DNA from: a virus
Lineage: Duplodnaviria > Caudoviricetes
Length of the DNA stretch: 35,396 nt
IMG/VR virus record: IMGVR_UViG_3300014168_000011
Span: 1-35,396 of that record
Strand: one strand, 5' to 3'
The translations under genes and the position numbers were made by a program. Shown here one piece after another: positions 24,926 to 34,300 of this stretch. The stretch's first letter is position 1; every line of letters begins with the position of its first letter. A model generated the notes under the pieces. The model saw nothing but the letters and a program-made list of their open reading frames with translations, did no database searches and was not told the DNA's origin.

Positions 24926-25689
24926 TAAAGAGACTGTTTGGCTGGCTGATCCCGAGTATGGACTTGGGCTTCTGCGTGAGCTAAACTAGAAGCAGCCTAT
25001 GACTCCAAGCTACGAGTACATCGCCGGGTTCATTGATGCTGACGGGCATGTGGGGATCGTGAAGTCGCGCCCCGCTAAATCTGCTCCGCAGTATTACGTG
25101 AGGCTGACCCTGTATTCGCAGAATCTTGCAGTGCTGAATGCAATCAGTGAAGTGATCGGTGGATACATCCAAGCATTTAACAACCAGAAAAGTAAGGTTG
25201 GTTTTGGATGCTATCGGTTGATGGTCAAGCCGTCAGAGGCCGTCCCTGCCCTTGAGAAGATCGTGCCGTTCATGATTATCAAAAAAGAGCAGGCGGGATT
25301 GGCTCTTCGGCTCCACGCCACAATCAGCCGTCACTCTTACCACGGGCGATCCAAGACGGATGGAATGCTGCGGACGCCAGGGCACATCACTGAGCAGCGC
25401 GAAGCAATGTATGTTGAGATGAAGCGTCTCAACCATCAAGATTCTCTGGAGTATAGTAAAATCTGGGTGAATTCAGAGGAAGCCCCGGAGGGGGTTACTT
25501 TGAGCCAAGCCGTAGAGGGCAAAGGTTCTACGGAAGGTGCAACGACTAGCTCGGTGAGTCCCAACAATAATCTGAGCCAAGAGCGCCCGGCCAGCGTAGC
25601 TGCTGGAAGACATAGTCTGGACAGCACGGTACTCGTTCAATAGGCAACGTGCTGATGTGCGGATAAAGAGCCGCACGATAACAAGTTCG
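24926..25689 (+). mobile_element. group I intron (IA-like) carrying a LAGLIDADG homing endonuclease
   Basis: P3 CTGGGTG(25463)/CGCCCGG(25584); P7 GACTA(25544)/TAGTC(25613); R-like GAAGGTGCAACGACTA; S-like AAGACATAGTC; 5' exon ends in U, intron ends in G; removal restores frame. Confidence 0.88.
24999..25643 (+). CDS. single-motif LAGLIDADG homing endonuclease
   Basis: YIAGFIDADG; L.KIVPFMIIKKEQA I-CreI-like C-terminal motif. Confidence 0.9.
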   Translation: MTPSYEYIAGFIDADGHVGIVKSRPAKSAPQYYVRLTLYSQNLAVLNAISEVIGGYIQAFNNQKSKVGFGCYRLMVKPSEAVPALEKIVPFMIIKKEQAGLALRLHATISRHSYHGRSKTDGMLRTPGHITEQREAMYVEMKRLNHQDSLEYSKIWVNSEEAPEGVTLSQAVEGKGSTEGATTSSVSPNNNLSQERPASVAAGRHSLDSTVLVQ

Positions 25690-26492
25690 ATGGCATTGAC
25701 GACATCCTGAATCGCGGCCCGCAGGCAGCGTTCAGTATTGTCGAGAGCAAGTTCGCCAACGCATCCATGAAGATGGCGAAGCTCATCGCTACGGCCCTCT
25801 ACCAGGACGGCCAGAGCGCGGTGAGTGCGCCATTCACTGGAGCATTGTCCGGCACCAAGTCGATGGACGGCTTGCTCGCCTGGATCGACGATGGCAACTC
25901 CAGCGGCTCGTACACGAGCGTTGGTGACCAGACCCAGAGCTTCCTGGCGGTCGGTGGCATCACCCGCACGAACCTCTTCCAGGTGGCTCCGACGTTCTCC
26001 AGCGCCATCACGCCGATCAGCGCAGTCCAGGGAGCCAACTCCTACGTGAACCGCGCCTTCAACACCTACTCGGTGAACGACGTGAACACGGCTTACGGCG
26101 CAGCGTGGTTCGGCAACGACTACGTTGACCTGATGGCGGGCACCCAGACTGCCTACAACAAGATCTGGAATACCCTCCAGCCGCAACAGCGGTACTACGA
26201 CAACCAGAGCGATGTCGGCAAGGTCGGCTTCCAGTCCTTCCGGTTCAACGCTTCGGAAGTCGTCATCGACAAGTACATCCCGTCCGATGGGACCAACGGC
26301 ATGATCCTGGGGTTGAACACCAACTATCTGGAACTCTACATCTCCACGAACAAGAAGTTCCAGTTTGGCTTCACGGGCTTCAAAGAGGCTCAGAACTCCA
26401 TCGACATCGCGGGCCAGTTCCTCTTCGCGGGTAATCTGATTTGCCCGAACCCACGCACGTCCTTCAAAATTTGCGGCACGGCGTTGCTTTGA
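25690..26492 (+). CDS. major capsid protein, exon 2
   Basis: Spliced junction CTG T|AT GGC gives ..NVTLYGIDDILNRGP..; joined CDS 1080 nt, 359 aa; GFQSFRFNASEVVIDKY. Confidence 0.82.
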
Positions 26493-26521
26493 TATGGGAA
26501 CCATGCATTAGCGAGGTACAA

Positions 26522-27172
26522 ATGATTAACTCAATCTCCATCGGTAACGAAACCCTCACGGTCACGTCGAGCACTACGCTCGGCTACGGCCCCGGCCAGA
26601 CTGCTCCGCCGCGTTTGCTGCTGTGCAGCCCTTCGGCCAACATGAACGTCGTGCTGCCTACAATCCCGCCTGTGCTCCCGAATCCTCCGGGCACGGTCGG
26701 CACGTCGCCGGGCACGGGCGACGGCCTCATCATCACCATCCGCAACCTGACGAGTTACGCCGTCACGGTGACGGCGGGTGGCAGCGACACCGTGTTCGAC
26801 GCGCCCATGCTGACGGGCGCTGGCGCAACGGCCAACCTCATCGCCTCCATCGGCAAGGGGTACTGGTACAACATCGTGTCGCCTTGGGGCGCGGCTGGCA
26901 TCCGTAGCGTCGGCGGCACGGCCAACACCGTGGCGACTACCGACCGTTACTTCTGCACGCCTACGGCGGGCACGGTGACCATCCTGGCTCCGACCAACTA
27001 CCCAGTGGGCGTGGAGTGCATCACGGTCATCAACACGTCGGGCAGTGCGGACACCCTCACTCCGGCCAGCGGCACCGTTGTGGGTGTTGGCGCGAGCTAC
27101 ACGCTCGCGACCAAGACCAGCGCGGGGCTGGCAACCGATGGCACGGCGTGGTATCTCACGCATTCCGCATAG
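26522..27172 (+). CDS. putative capsid decoration/head fibre protein
   Basis: GAGGT RBS; Thr/Gly-rich, two repeats ending in WY; directly after capsid gene. Confidence 0.55.
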   Translation: MINSISIGNETLTVTSSTTLGYGPGQTAPPRLLLCSPSANMNVVLPTIPPVLPNPPGTVGTSPGTGDGLIITIRNLTSYAVTVTAGGSDTVFDAPMLTGAGATANLIASIGKGYWYNIVSPWGAAGIRSVGGTANTVATTDRYFCTPTAGTVTILAPTNYPVGVECITVINTSGSADTLTPASGTVVGVGASYTLATKTSAGLATDGTAWYLTHSA

Positions 27173-27185
27173 AGGACTTAGCTGC

Positions 27186-27377
27186 ATGGCAGAGCGCTAT
27201 TGGACATGCCGCCAATTGAAGGCCGAATGGCCTTATAGCCATGCCGCCAGAGTGATTACTGCGCGCGATGGCTGCAACCCCAAGACCGACACCAAGGATT
27301 GCAGCCTTCGCGAGTGGCGAAAGCTCATGAAGCAAAATGGCGAAGAGTGGTGGCACAAGCGTCTGCGGGCAGCATAG
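27186..27377 (+). CDS. small hypothetical protein
   Basis: GAGGA RBS; MAERYWTCRQLK.. Confidence 0.45.
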   Translation: MAERYWTCRQLKAEWPYSHAARVITARDGCNPKTDTKDCSLREWRKLMKQNGEEWWHKRLRAA

Positions 27378-27385
27378 GAGTTAAT

Positions 27386-28186
27386 ATGGCCTTTCTCGAA
27401 GCGAAAACCTGGAACGTCAACCGCCAAGCGGTTTACTACGCAACGAACGGGGTGGCAGATATCCCGTCCACCGGCGACTTCTTCAACGTCGGGGATTGGA
27501 TCGTCAACATCAACCCAACGATGGCCGTGGGCGATGTACTGGCGTGGGTTTGCTCCGCCGTTTCGGGCAACACTCCTACATTTACTGCGCAGACCTATGT
27601 GGGCGCGGTGAAGGGCGTTACGACCCTCATCGCAAGCACGACCGTATCCACCACGGCGGGCACGGTTCTGGCGAATGCGACCAGCGCCGGGTTCACCGTC
27701 ACGATGCCCACTATGGGCACCAGCGCGGGCCAAGCCTACGGGGGCTACAACATCACCATCTTCAAGACCGACTCCAGTGCCAACCCAGTGACTATCGTGC
27801 CAGTGGGCACGAGCACGCTGGATGGCGCGGCTTCTCTCGTCCTGTATTCCCAGTACGAGAGCGCCGACTACCGCTCTTCCGGCGCGGCCAATGGTACTTG
27901 GTATAGGAGCGATTCTCCCGGCAACGTCTATGGACTGCGCAGCGCGGCAGCTAGCCAAACGCTCAGCACGTCCGACCAGATCTTCATCTCCAGTTCGGCG
28001 GGCACGTTGACGCTCCCCGCTGCAACGGCATGGCCCGTAGGGCAAGTGCTTTGCATCCACAACGTTGGGGTGAACACTATCACCCCTGTGAGTGGGAACA
28101 TCAACGGGGCTGCGTCAGTTACAAGCACTGCGCACTCGGCAATCCAGGCCACTAGCGATGGCACGAACTGGTATCAAATCGGCTAA
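27386..28186 (+). CDS. putative virion decoration protein, paralog-like to 26522
   Basis: AGGAG RBS; repeats T.T.P..G..I..T..P..SDGTNWY. Confidence 0.55.
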   Translation: MAFLEAKTWNVNRQAVYYATNGVADIPSTGDFFNVGDWIVNINPTMAVGDVLAWVCSAVSGNTPTFTAQTYVGAVKGVTTLIASTTVSTTAGTVLANATSAGFTVTMPTMGTSAGQAYGGYNITIFKTDSSANPVTIVPVGTSTLDGAASLVLYSQYESADYRSSGAANGTWYRSDSPGNVYGLRSAAASQTLSTSDQIFISSSAGTLTLPAATAWPVGQVLCIHNVGVNTITPVSGNINGAASVTSTAHSAIQATSDGTNWYQIG

Positions 28187-28259
28187 CCGCTGATCGGTCT
28201 TCGGGAAGTTTTGGTGCTAGATCCCCAGTGGGGGTTGCGCCGGAAAGGAGGGGTCCAAT

Positions 28260-28298
28260 ATGGCTCGCCACAAGAAAGGCCGGAAGGCGAAGCGCTAG
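28260..28298 (+). CDS. 12-aa basic peptide MARHKKGRKAKR
   Basis: GGAAAGGAGG RBS; similar peptide at 22825. Confidence 0.55.
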   Translation: MARHKKGRKAKR

Positions 28299-28320
28299 CT
28301 CGTAGGGGCCAGCCTCATAG

Positions 28321-28364
28321 CGAAGCGGGGGAGTGGGGTCAATTCCCCCTCCCCCGTTCGTTTT
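28321..28364 (+). terminator. intrinsic terminator
   Basis: CGAAGCGGGGGAG..CTCCCCCGTTCG followed by TTTT. Confidence 0.7.
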
Positions 28365-28368
28365 GGAA

Positions 28369-28383
28369 GTCTTGACGTAGACT
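28369..28383 (+). promoter_or_regulatory. 15-bp motif GTCTTGACGTAGACT, copy 3
   Basis: Exact repeat, after terminator, 9 nt before ATG 28393. Confidence 0.65.
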
Positions 28384-28392
28384 GGAGACAGT

Positions 28393-30126
28393 ATGGGACG
28401 AGTTCTATCCTTTGCCCTGAGTTTGCCGCTCTTGGGAGTGGCTGTGTTCGCGCAGCCGTATCCCGTCAGCGTCACGTTTAATAACCCATCCGGCCTAGCG
28501 TGTCAATCGGGGCAGGCGACGTTGTACGCCGCCGCGACGACGGTCATGTTCACCTGTCAGTCTGGCGTGTTCGTGCAGGTGACGGGCGGCGGGGGGAGCA
28601 TTGCCCCGTTCACGACGGACGGCACGAATGTGACGCTGCCAGCAGGGACGCTTACGGTGGTCGATACGGTGCTTGGGCCTCACCAGCAGATCGACGTGAA
28701 CTGCACGGGCAACGTGACCACGGCGTTGCAGGCTGCAATTAATACTTTGCAGGCCGCGAACGGAGGGACGATTCGGCTTTCCTCCGGCTCCTGCTATTCA
28801 ACGGCTCAGATCGTCAACACGTCCACGAGCGGATATGTAACCGCCAAGCGGATTACGGGAGCGAGCGCGAGTCCAAACGGCACGAGCCAAGCGCCTCATG
28901 GCGGCACTCAGTTGGATTTGCAGTATGCGTCTGCCGCGAAGGTCTATACGACCGGCTATGGCAGTTTGGAGATCGACCATATCACGTTCCTGGACACCGT
29001 GGACGGAACACAAGCATTCGCCCAGACTGGGAACACTAATCTGTACGTCCACGACAACGCCTTCTATGGCAAGACTGCCACGGTGACTACGCAGAACGGG
29101 ATCATCCTCGGGGACCGCTCGACTGGTTCCGTGCCCACCCCGACCATGTTCCAGGGCTACGGGACAGTCATCACATCGAACTTCTTCACCAACCTCCAAA
29201 TCGGCGTCTATCTTCAGAAGTTTGCCAATGCCGTAACTGTGACCAACAACGTCGGGTGGAACATTTGGGGAACATCTACAACAGGATTCATCCAATGCGA
29301 CGGAATCGACACCTCGGATACCGGGCTGACGGCCACGGGCAACCTTGTCGAGATGAATCATATGATCTATGGCGTTTATTTTGCTGCACTTTGCGGACGC
29401 TCGACGCTCATCAACAACTTCTACGATGGGACTGGCAGCACCCTCGGCCAGTATTACTTCTCAGCAGATTCTCTCAACAACACCGTCATCACCGAAGAGG
29501 GGCAGGGCTTCCCGGTTGTCGCAGGGCCTGGGGCGGCTGGAAACCTCATCATCGACGCCTATCAAAACGGCACGAACATTCCCGAGCAGGCGGCGTTTGG
29601 CGCTGCTATCACAACTAAGGGAATCACGGCGGCGGGACCGATTTCAACAACTGGAACGAACACTATCTCTGTGCCGAGCGGCCAGGTAATTGGCGTCGGG
29701 AATTCAAGCGGAGTCTACTCCACCTCTGGTGGCCTGTTCCTTCGCGCCAATAATCACGACAACTTTGAGATCACCAGTTCTGGCGATACTTTCATTCTGA
29801 ACGCTGCGACGTTTAACGCTGGTGGATTTCTCAACCTATCCAGTTCGACAGGGCGTGGGTTGCAATTCATCGGCACGGCGGGCCAACACATTGCCACTAA
29901 GCAGGCCGGGAATGATATCGCCGGAACATGCACGTTCTCGGGAACGGCTTGCACGGTGACGTTCACGACGGGCTACGCCGCCGCGCCAGCGTGTACGGCT
30001 ACCGATCAGACAGCTGCCGCGCCGCTGCAGGTTACGCCAGGAACAACAACGCTCGTCATCACGGGTGGCACAAGCGCGGGGGCGACTGACGTGGTGGCGT
30101 ACCACTGCATTGGCAACCCGAGCTAG
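28393..30126 (+). CDS. beta-helix (pectate-lyase-fold) tailspike/depolymerase-like protein with signal peptide
   Basis: TTALQAAIN..GGTIRL beta-helix cap, Asn/Thr-rich repeats; N-terminus MGRVLSFALSLPLLGVAVFA-Q. Confidence 0.65.
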   Translation: MGRVLSFALSLPLLGVAVFAQPYPVSVTFNNPSGLACQSGQATLYAAATTVMFTCQSGVFVQVTGGGGSIAPFTTDGTNVTLPAGTLTVVDTVLGPHQQIDVNCTGNVTTALQAAINTLQAANGGTIRLSSGSCYSTAQIVNTSTSGYVTAKRITGASASPNGTSQAPHGGTQLDLQYASAAKVYTTGYGSLEIDHITFLDTVDGTQAFAQTGNTNLYVHDNAFYGKTATVTTQNGIILGDRSTGSVPTPTMFQGYGTVITSNFFTNLQIGVYLQKFANAVTVTNNVGWNIWGTSTTGFIQCDGIDTSDTGLTATGNLVEMNHMIYGVYFAALCGRSTLINNFYDGTGSTLGQYYFSADSLNNTVITEEGQGFPVVAGPGAAGNLIIDAYQNGTNIPEQAAFGAAITTKGITAAGPISTTGTNTISVPSGQVIGVGNSSGVYSTSGGLFLRANNHDNFEITSSGDTFILNAATFNAGGFLNLSSSTGRGLQFIGTAGQHIATKQAGNDIAGTCTFSGTACTVTFTTGYAAAPACTATDQTAAAPLQVTPGTTTLVITGGTSAGATDVVAYHCIGNPS

Positions 30127-30193
30127 GCACTCTTTTTGTGGGAATGCAATGCTTAAACTCGCACAACTCATGAGCTTGCCGAAATAGGTAGTA

Positions 30194-31360
30194 ATGCCTC
30201 AATACGTAGCCACGCTTCAGTCCATGCAATCTCGGATCATGTTGCAGCGACCAGGGATTGATCGAAACCTTGTCCAACAGTTTCTCAACGAGCGGATGCG
30301 GCAGGCGATTGATCGGAAACCCAACTGGAGCGGCCTGCTGAAACGCACGGTACTCTCGATCCCCAACGCTTACACGCAGGGCGCTATCACGGTAACGACG
30401 GGTTCTCCTAACGTTACAGGCGTGGCAACGAACTGGCCCGTGAGTGACGTAATCAACACGACCATCGCGGAGCAGATCAGAGCGCCGGGGACGTACTGGG
30501 TCACTCCAGCGAGTATGGCGGGTTTCACACAGGACTCCGTGCTCTACGTGGACGCAGGCGGCACCCCAGAGATCGTTCCGGTCTTGGACACGCTAAACGG
30601 CCACGTGCAGTGCCCGTTCGCTTATGCACACAACGCCGGGGCTACGGCGACTATGAGTTCTCTGGCCAACCTGCAATTGCGCGTCAACTCGGTGAACCCC
30701 GTGTTCAGCGTGGTCGCCATCACCAGCCCCACTTCGCTCGTACTGGACAACCCTTGGGGACAGGCTTCATTCAGCGGGATGAGCTACCAGATGCTCCTGA
30801 TGTACACGACATTCGGAGTGCCTGTTAAGAATCTCATTGTCGTCAACGATCCCGTCCAGCAGATTACGTTGCGGGTCAACGTGAGCCAGGAAGAGGTCAG
30901 CCAGTACGACCCCAACCGAACGGCAACCGATAGCCCGCAGTGTATCGTGAGTTTGGGGCCGAACTTGAATCACAACTTCCTGTTCGAGGTCTACCCTCCA
31001 CAGAGCACGGCGTGGCAATTGAACGCACTCGTCCACGCGCAGACTCCAGACATGCGGCTCCCGTCCGACATGCCTCCGCCGTTTCTCAACTCCAACATGC
31101 TCATCATGGGAGCGTTAGCGGATGCGTTCAGGACTCCTTGCCCACGCCCGCCCGACAACAAGGACCCATTCTTTAGCATGGAGAACGCGGCGGAGTTTGA
31201 ACGCAGATTCGATCAGGCTGTTGTTGAAGCCATGAACAGTGACGAATCGCTCTACCAGCGTGCGTTTTCTTGGAATTACGCCCAAACCTTCGGTGGGATG
31301 AGCATGGGCGCTAGCTTCTTGCAAACGCATGACTTGGATGCTATGACGGGGAACTACTAG
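30194..31360 (+). CDS. putative head-tail adaptor with inserted beta-rich domain
   Basis: Helical N-terminus (QFLNERMRQAI..NWSGL), EVYPPQ, LIMGALADA C-terminal helix; position in late module. Confidence 0.55.
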   Translation: MPQYVATLQSMQSRIMLQRPGIDRNLVQQFLNERMRQAIDRKPNWSGLLKRTVLSIPNAYTQGAITVTTGSPNVTGVATNWPVSDVINTTIAEQIRAPGTYWVTPASMAGFTQDSVLYVDAGGTPEIVPVLDTLNGHVQCPFAYAHNAGATATMSSLANLQLRVNSVNPVFSVVAITSPTSLVLDNPWGQASFSGMSYQMLLMYTTFGVPVKNLIVVNDPVQQITLRVNVSQEEVSQYDPNRTATDSPQCIVSLGPNLNHNFLFEVYPPQSTAWQLNALVHAQTPDMRLPSDMPPPFLNSNMLIMGALADAFRTPCPRPPDNKDPFFSMENAAEFERRFDQAVVEAMNSDESLYQRAFSWNYAQTFGGMSMGASFLQTHDLDAMTGNY

Positions 31361-31365
31361 GGACA

Positions 31366-34300
31366 ATGAACGTTATGATGAAGCGACTGATGGTATTCCT
31401 CGTTCTTGGCGCTAGCCTTGCCGTGGCCCGCGCGCCGCGCATCTGGCTCACTCCTACGCTGCTGGCGAAGTTGCAAGCGAAGTATGCCGCTAACACCCCA
31501 GACTGGCAGGCGTTCAAAGCTATCGCGGATGGATACAAGGGCCGGACGGTTGCACCGTACTCGAACGCTGCTTGCTCCGGCTCGACGCAGATCTGCTACA
31601 ACGGCGGATATCAGGCGAGCTACCAAGGCAGCAGCTATCTTCAGGGCGGCTTCTACCTCAGCCTTGCGTATCAGGTGACCGGAGATACCGGGTACTCTGA
31701 CACTGCAATCCAGATCCTTGAAGCTATGAATGACTCATGGGACGGTCGTTCTGACTGTTCAACCTATGCGGCTGGAACCATTCCGATCTCGACCAACGAT
31801 AGTTGGTCGGATCGTGAGTATCAGGTAGCAGTGGCTCTGATCTACGACTGGAACAACGCTCGCCTAAGCACGACCGACCAGACGAACGCCGCCACGATGA
31901 CGTACTGTATGTACCAGTGGGCGGCGGCGCACGCGAATGACTGGCCTGGAAAAGGGACGTACCCAGGCGCGAACTATTACGGCGGCCATCTTCTCGGGTT
32001 CGGCCTGTCTGCAATTGCGATGACGGGCGACAACTCGCTCATGACCACACTGTATTCAACAGTGCTGGGGTGGTGGTCGGGGACACAAACCAATTCGGTC
32101 GCGACCCAATTCGCATCTGGTGTCTACCAGAATGGCTACAACCCCGAGAGTTACACCAATTATGGTTCTCCTCACATCGAGCGGTTGTTGCTCTACGCCC
32201 TGGCTATCCAGACATACACGGGTACGTCGATCATGGCGGACTATCCCAACCGGCTGTTTCACAACGAACTGTACAACGTCATGCCGGGGCGGCAGAGGAT
32301 CACGGGAGAGTCGGACTGGATCGGCCCTGGAGTAGGAGTTGTGCCAGGAAACAACTTCAACCTCTATGCCTACCTGCTGAACGGCACGGCGGATGGGGCA
32401 TATGCGCAATTCCTATGGAACAATCTTCCAGTCGGGCTTGACGGAAGAAACCCTCAGACGTACGCCGATGGCGTTCCTGTCGCTAACTGGGATGACCTGT
32501 TTTTTTTCGGAGATACTTCCCGTACCGCGACGGATTATTCTACCGTTCTGCCACCGTGGTTTGCCGGGGTTCCTTACTCGGACGGCCACACTTACGTCAG
32601 GAGCGACTGGACGGACTCGGCGGTCTGGGCATCCTACATCGGCGGCATCGCGATGGGGGGCGGCCATGAAATTACGATGGCCGGAACCGTTCAGATCAAT
32701 CGCGGGGGCGACTATCTGCTCCCGCAGATCGCCGACTGGTGGGGCACCAACGGTGTGACGGGAACGCCAGGTATCTACGATTCGCCCGGTGCGGGCGTTT
32801 ATCGTGGGAACTCGCTGTACTTCTACGATTATCCGTACCCCTACAATTCCTATGGCACCCTTTCTACTGCGACGGCAGCGGGGGCGACGTCGTTCACGCT
32901 GAAAGCCACCGCCTACGTGACGTGCGGCAACGTGATCGGCCTCGGCAGGGGAACGGGCAACGCTGAGTACGTAACGCTGACGGCGAGCCCTTGCGGCAGC
33001 GGCACCGCGACCCTGACAACCGCAACCCCGCTAGTGAATTCTCACGCCAGCGGCGAGTACCTCGACACTAACTGGAATGCAAATTACATTTCTGTCGGGG
33101 CTACGTATTTTGGAGGCCAGACCGGCAATCCAGGACGGGGATCATTTGCCCCTTGGGCAGGCGTGCCAGACGTGATGGCGGCCAAGCAGACGTCCAATTT
33201 CAGCTATACGCTGTCCCAATTGACCGGAGCGTACGATCAGGTTCCGGGGAAACTGAACACCACAAACCGGACGCTGCGCTCCTACTTCCGCACGTTCGTT
33301 TGGATGGGCGGCGGCTATTTCGTCGTCAAAGACAGGGCAATCTCCCACGCGGCCCGCGCGGGAGTGAGCACCTACGACAAACTGCTATTCTGGCACCTGT
33401 CGCCCGGCACAACCCCGGCGTGGACGGCTCCAACTGTAAGCGGATCGCGCGTCACGACGGCGACGATTGGGTCCAGTAAGCTCGTGATTGATACACTGCT
33501 TCCGGCCAGCCCATCTCTGACCATTCGAGAGACTGACGCCGGGACCACGATTGGCTCGCCTGCAATCGCGCAGATCAACGCGGGCCGCGCGGACGCAAAT
33601 ATCTTTGAAACAACCCCGGTAGTTCCCCTGACGTATCGATTGGAAGTGCGCGACCCGGCGCCATCCGACACGTTCTCTGCATTGACGGTTCTCTCTGCCC
33701 TTGGATCGACGGTGACACCGCCAGCAGTGAGCGCCGTTACGAGCATCAGTTCCACGCACGAAGGGGCGTACATCGCGGACGCCACCCCACGGCTGGCCAT
33801 TCTGCCTATCGACGACACGCAACAGTATTCAACCGTGTCCTTCACTCAGGCCATGACGGGAACGGCCAGCGTTCTGGTGGCAGGATTGAGCCCGGTCAAC
33901 ACGTACAACGTACAGCAGAATGGAACCACGATCCTGACCGCTCAGGTTGTTGGCGCCGATGGAACGCTGTACTTCGCGCCGTCTGGCGGCGGCTCCTTCG
34001 CCATTACCGTAAATGGCCAGGCTCCTCCGACGGCGCCCGTGATTACTACGGCCGGCCTGGCGAATGGCACGCTCAGCGTGCCTTACTCCCAGACGCTCAC
34101 GGCTTCCGGGAGTACGCCAATTACCTGGAGCATCGTCTCCGGCTCGCTGCCCTCCTGGGCATCGCTCGCCCCCGCAAGCGGGATTATCTCCGGCACGCCC
34201 AACGCCGTGGCCGTCACGAGTTTCACGGTTCAGGCAACCAACTCAGCGGGTACCGCCAGCAAGCCGCTCTCGCTCACGGTGGTCAGCAACATCGTGCCGC

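Noticed and set aside
24999-25643. Intein in the capsid protein
   Set aside because: Nuclease is out of frame with exon 1, stops intervene, no intein termini; RNA core indicates a group I intron
25685-25686. Alternative 3' splice site after G25685
   Set aside because: Does not restore the frame when joined to U24925; G25689 does
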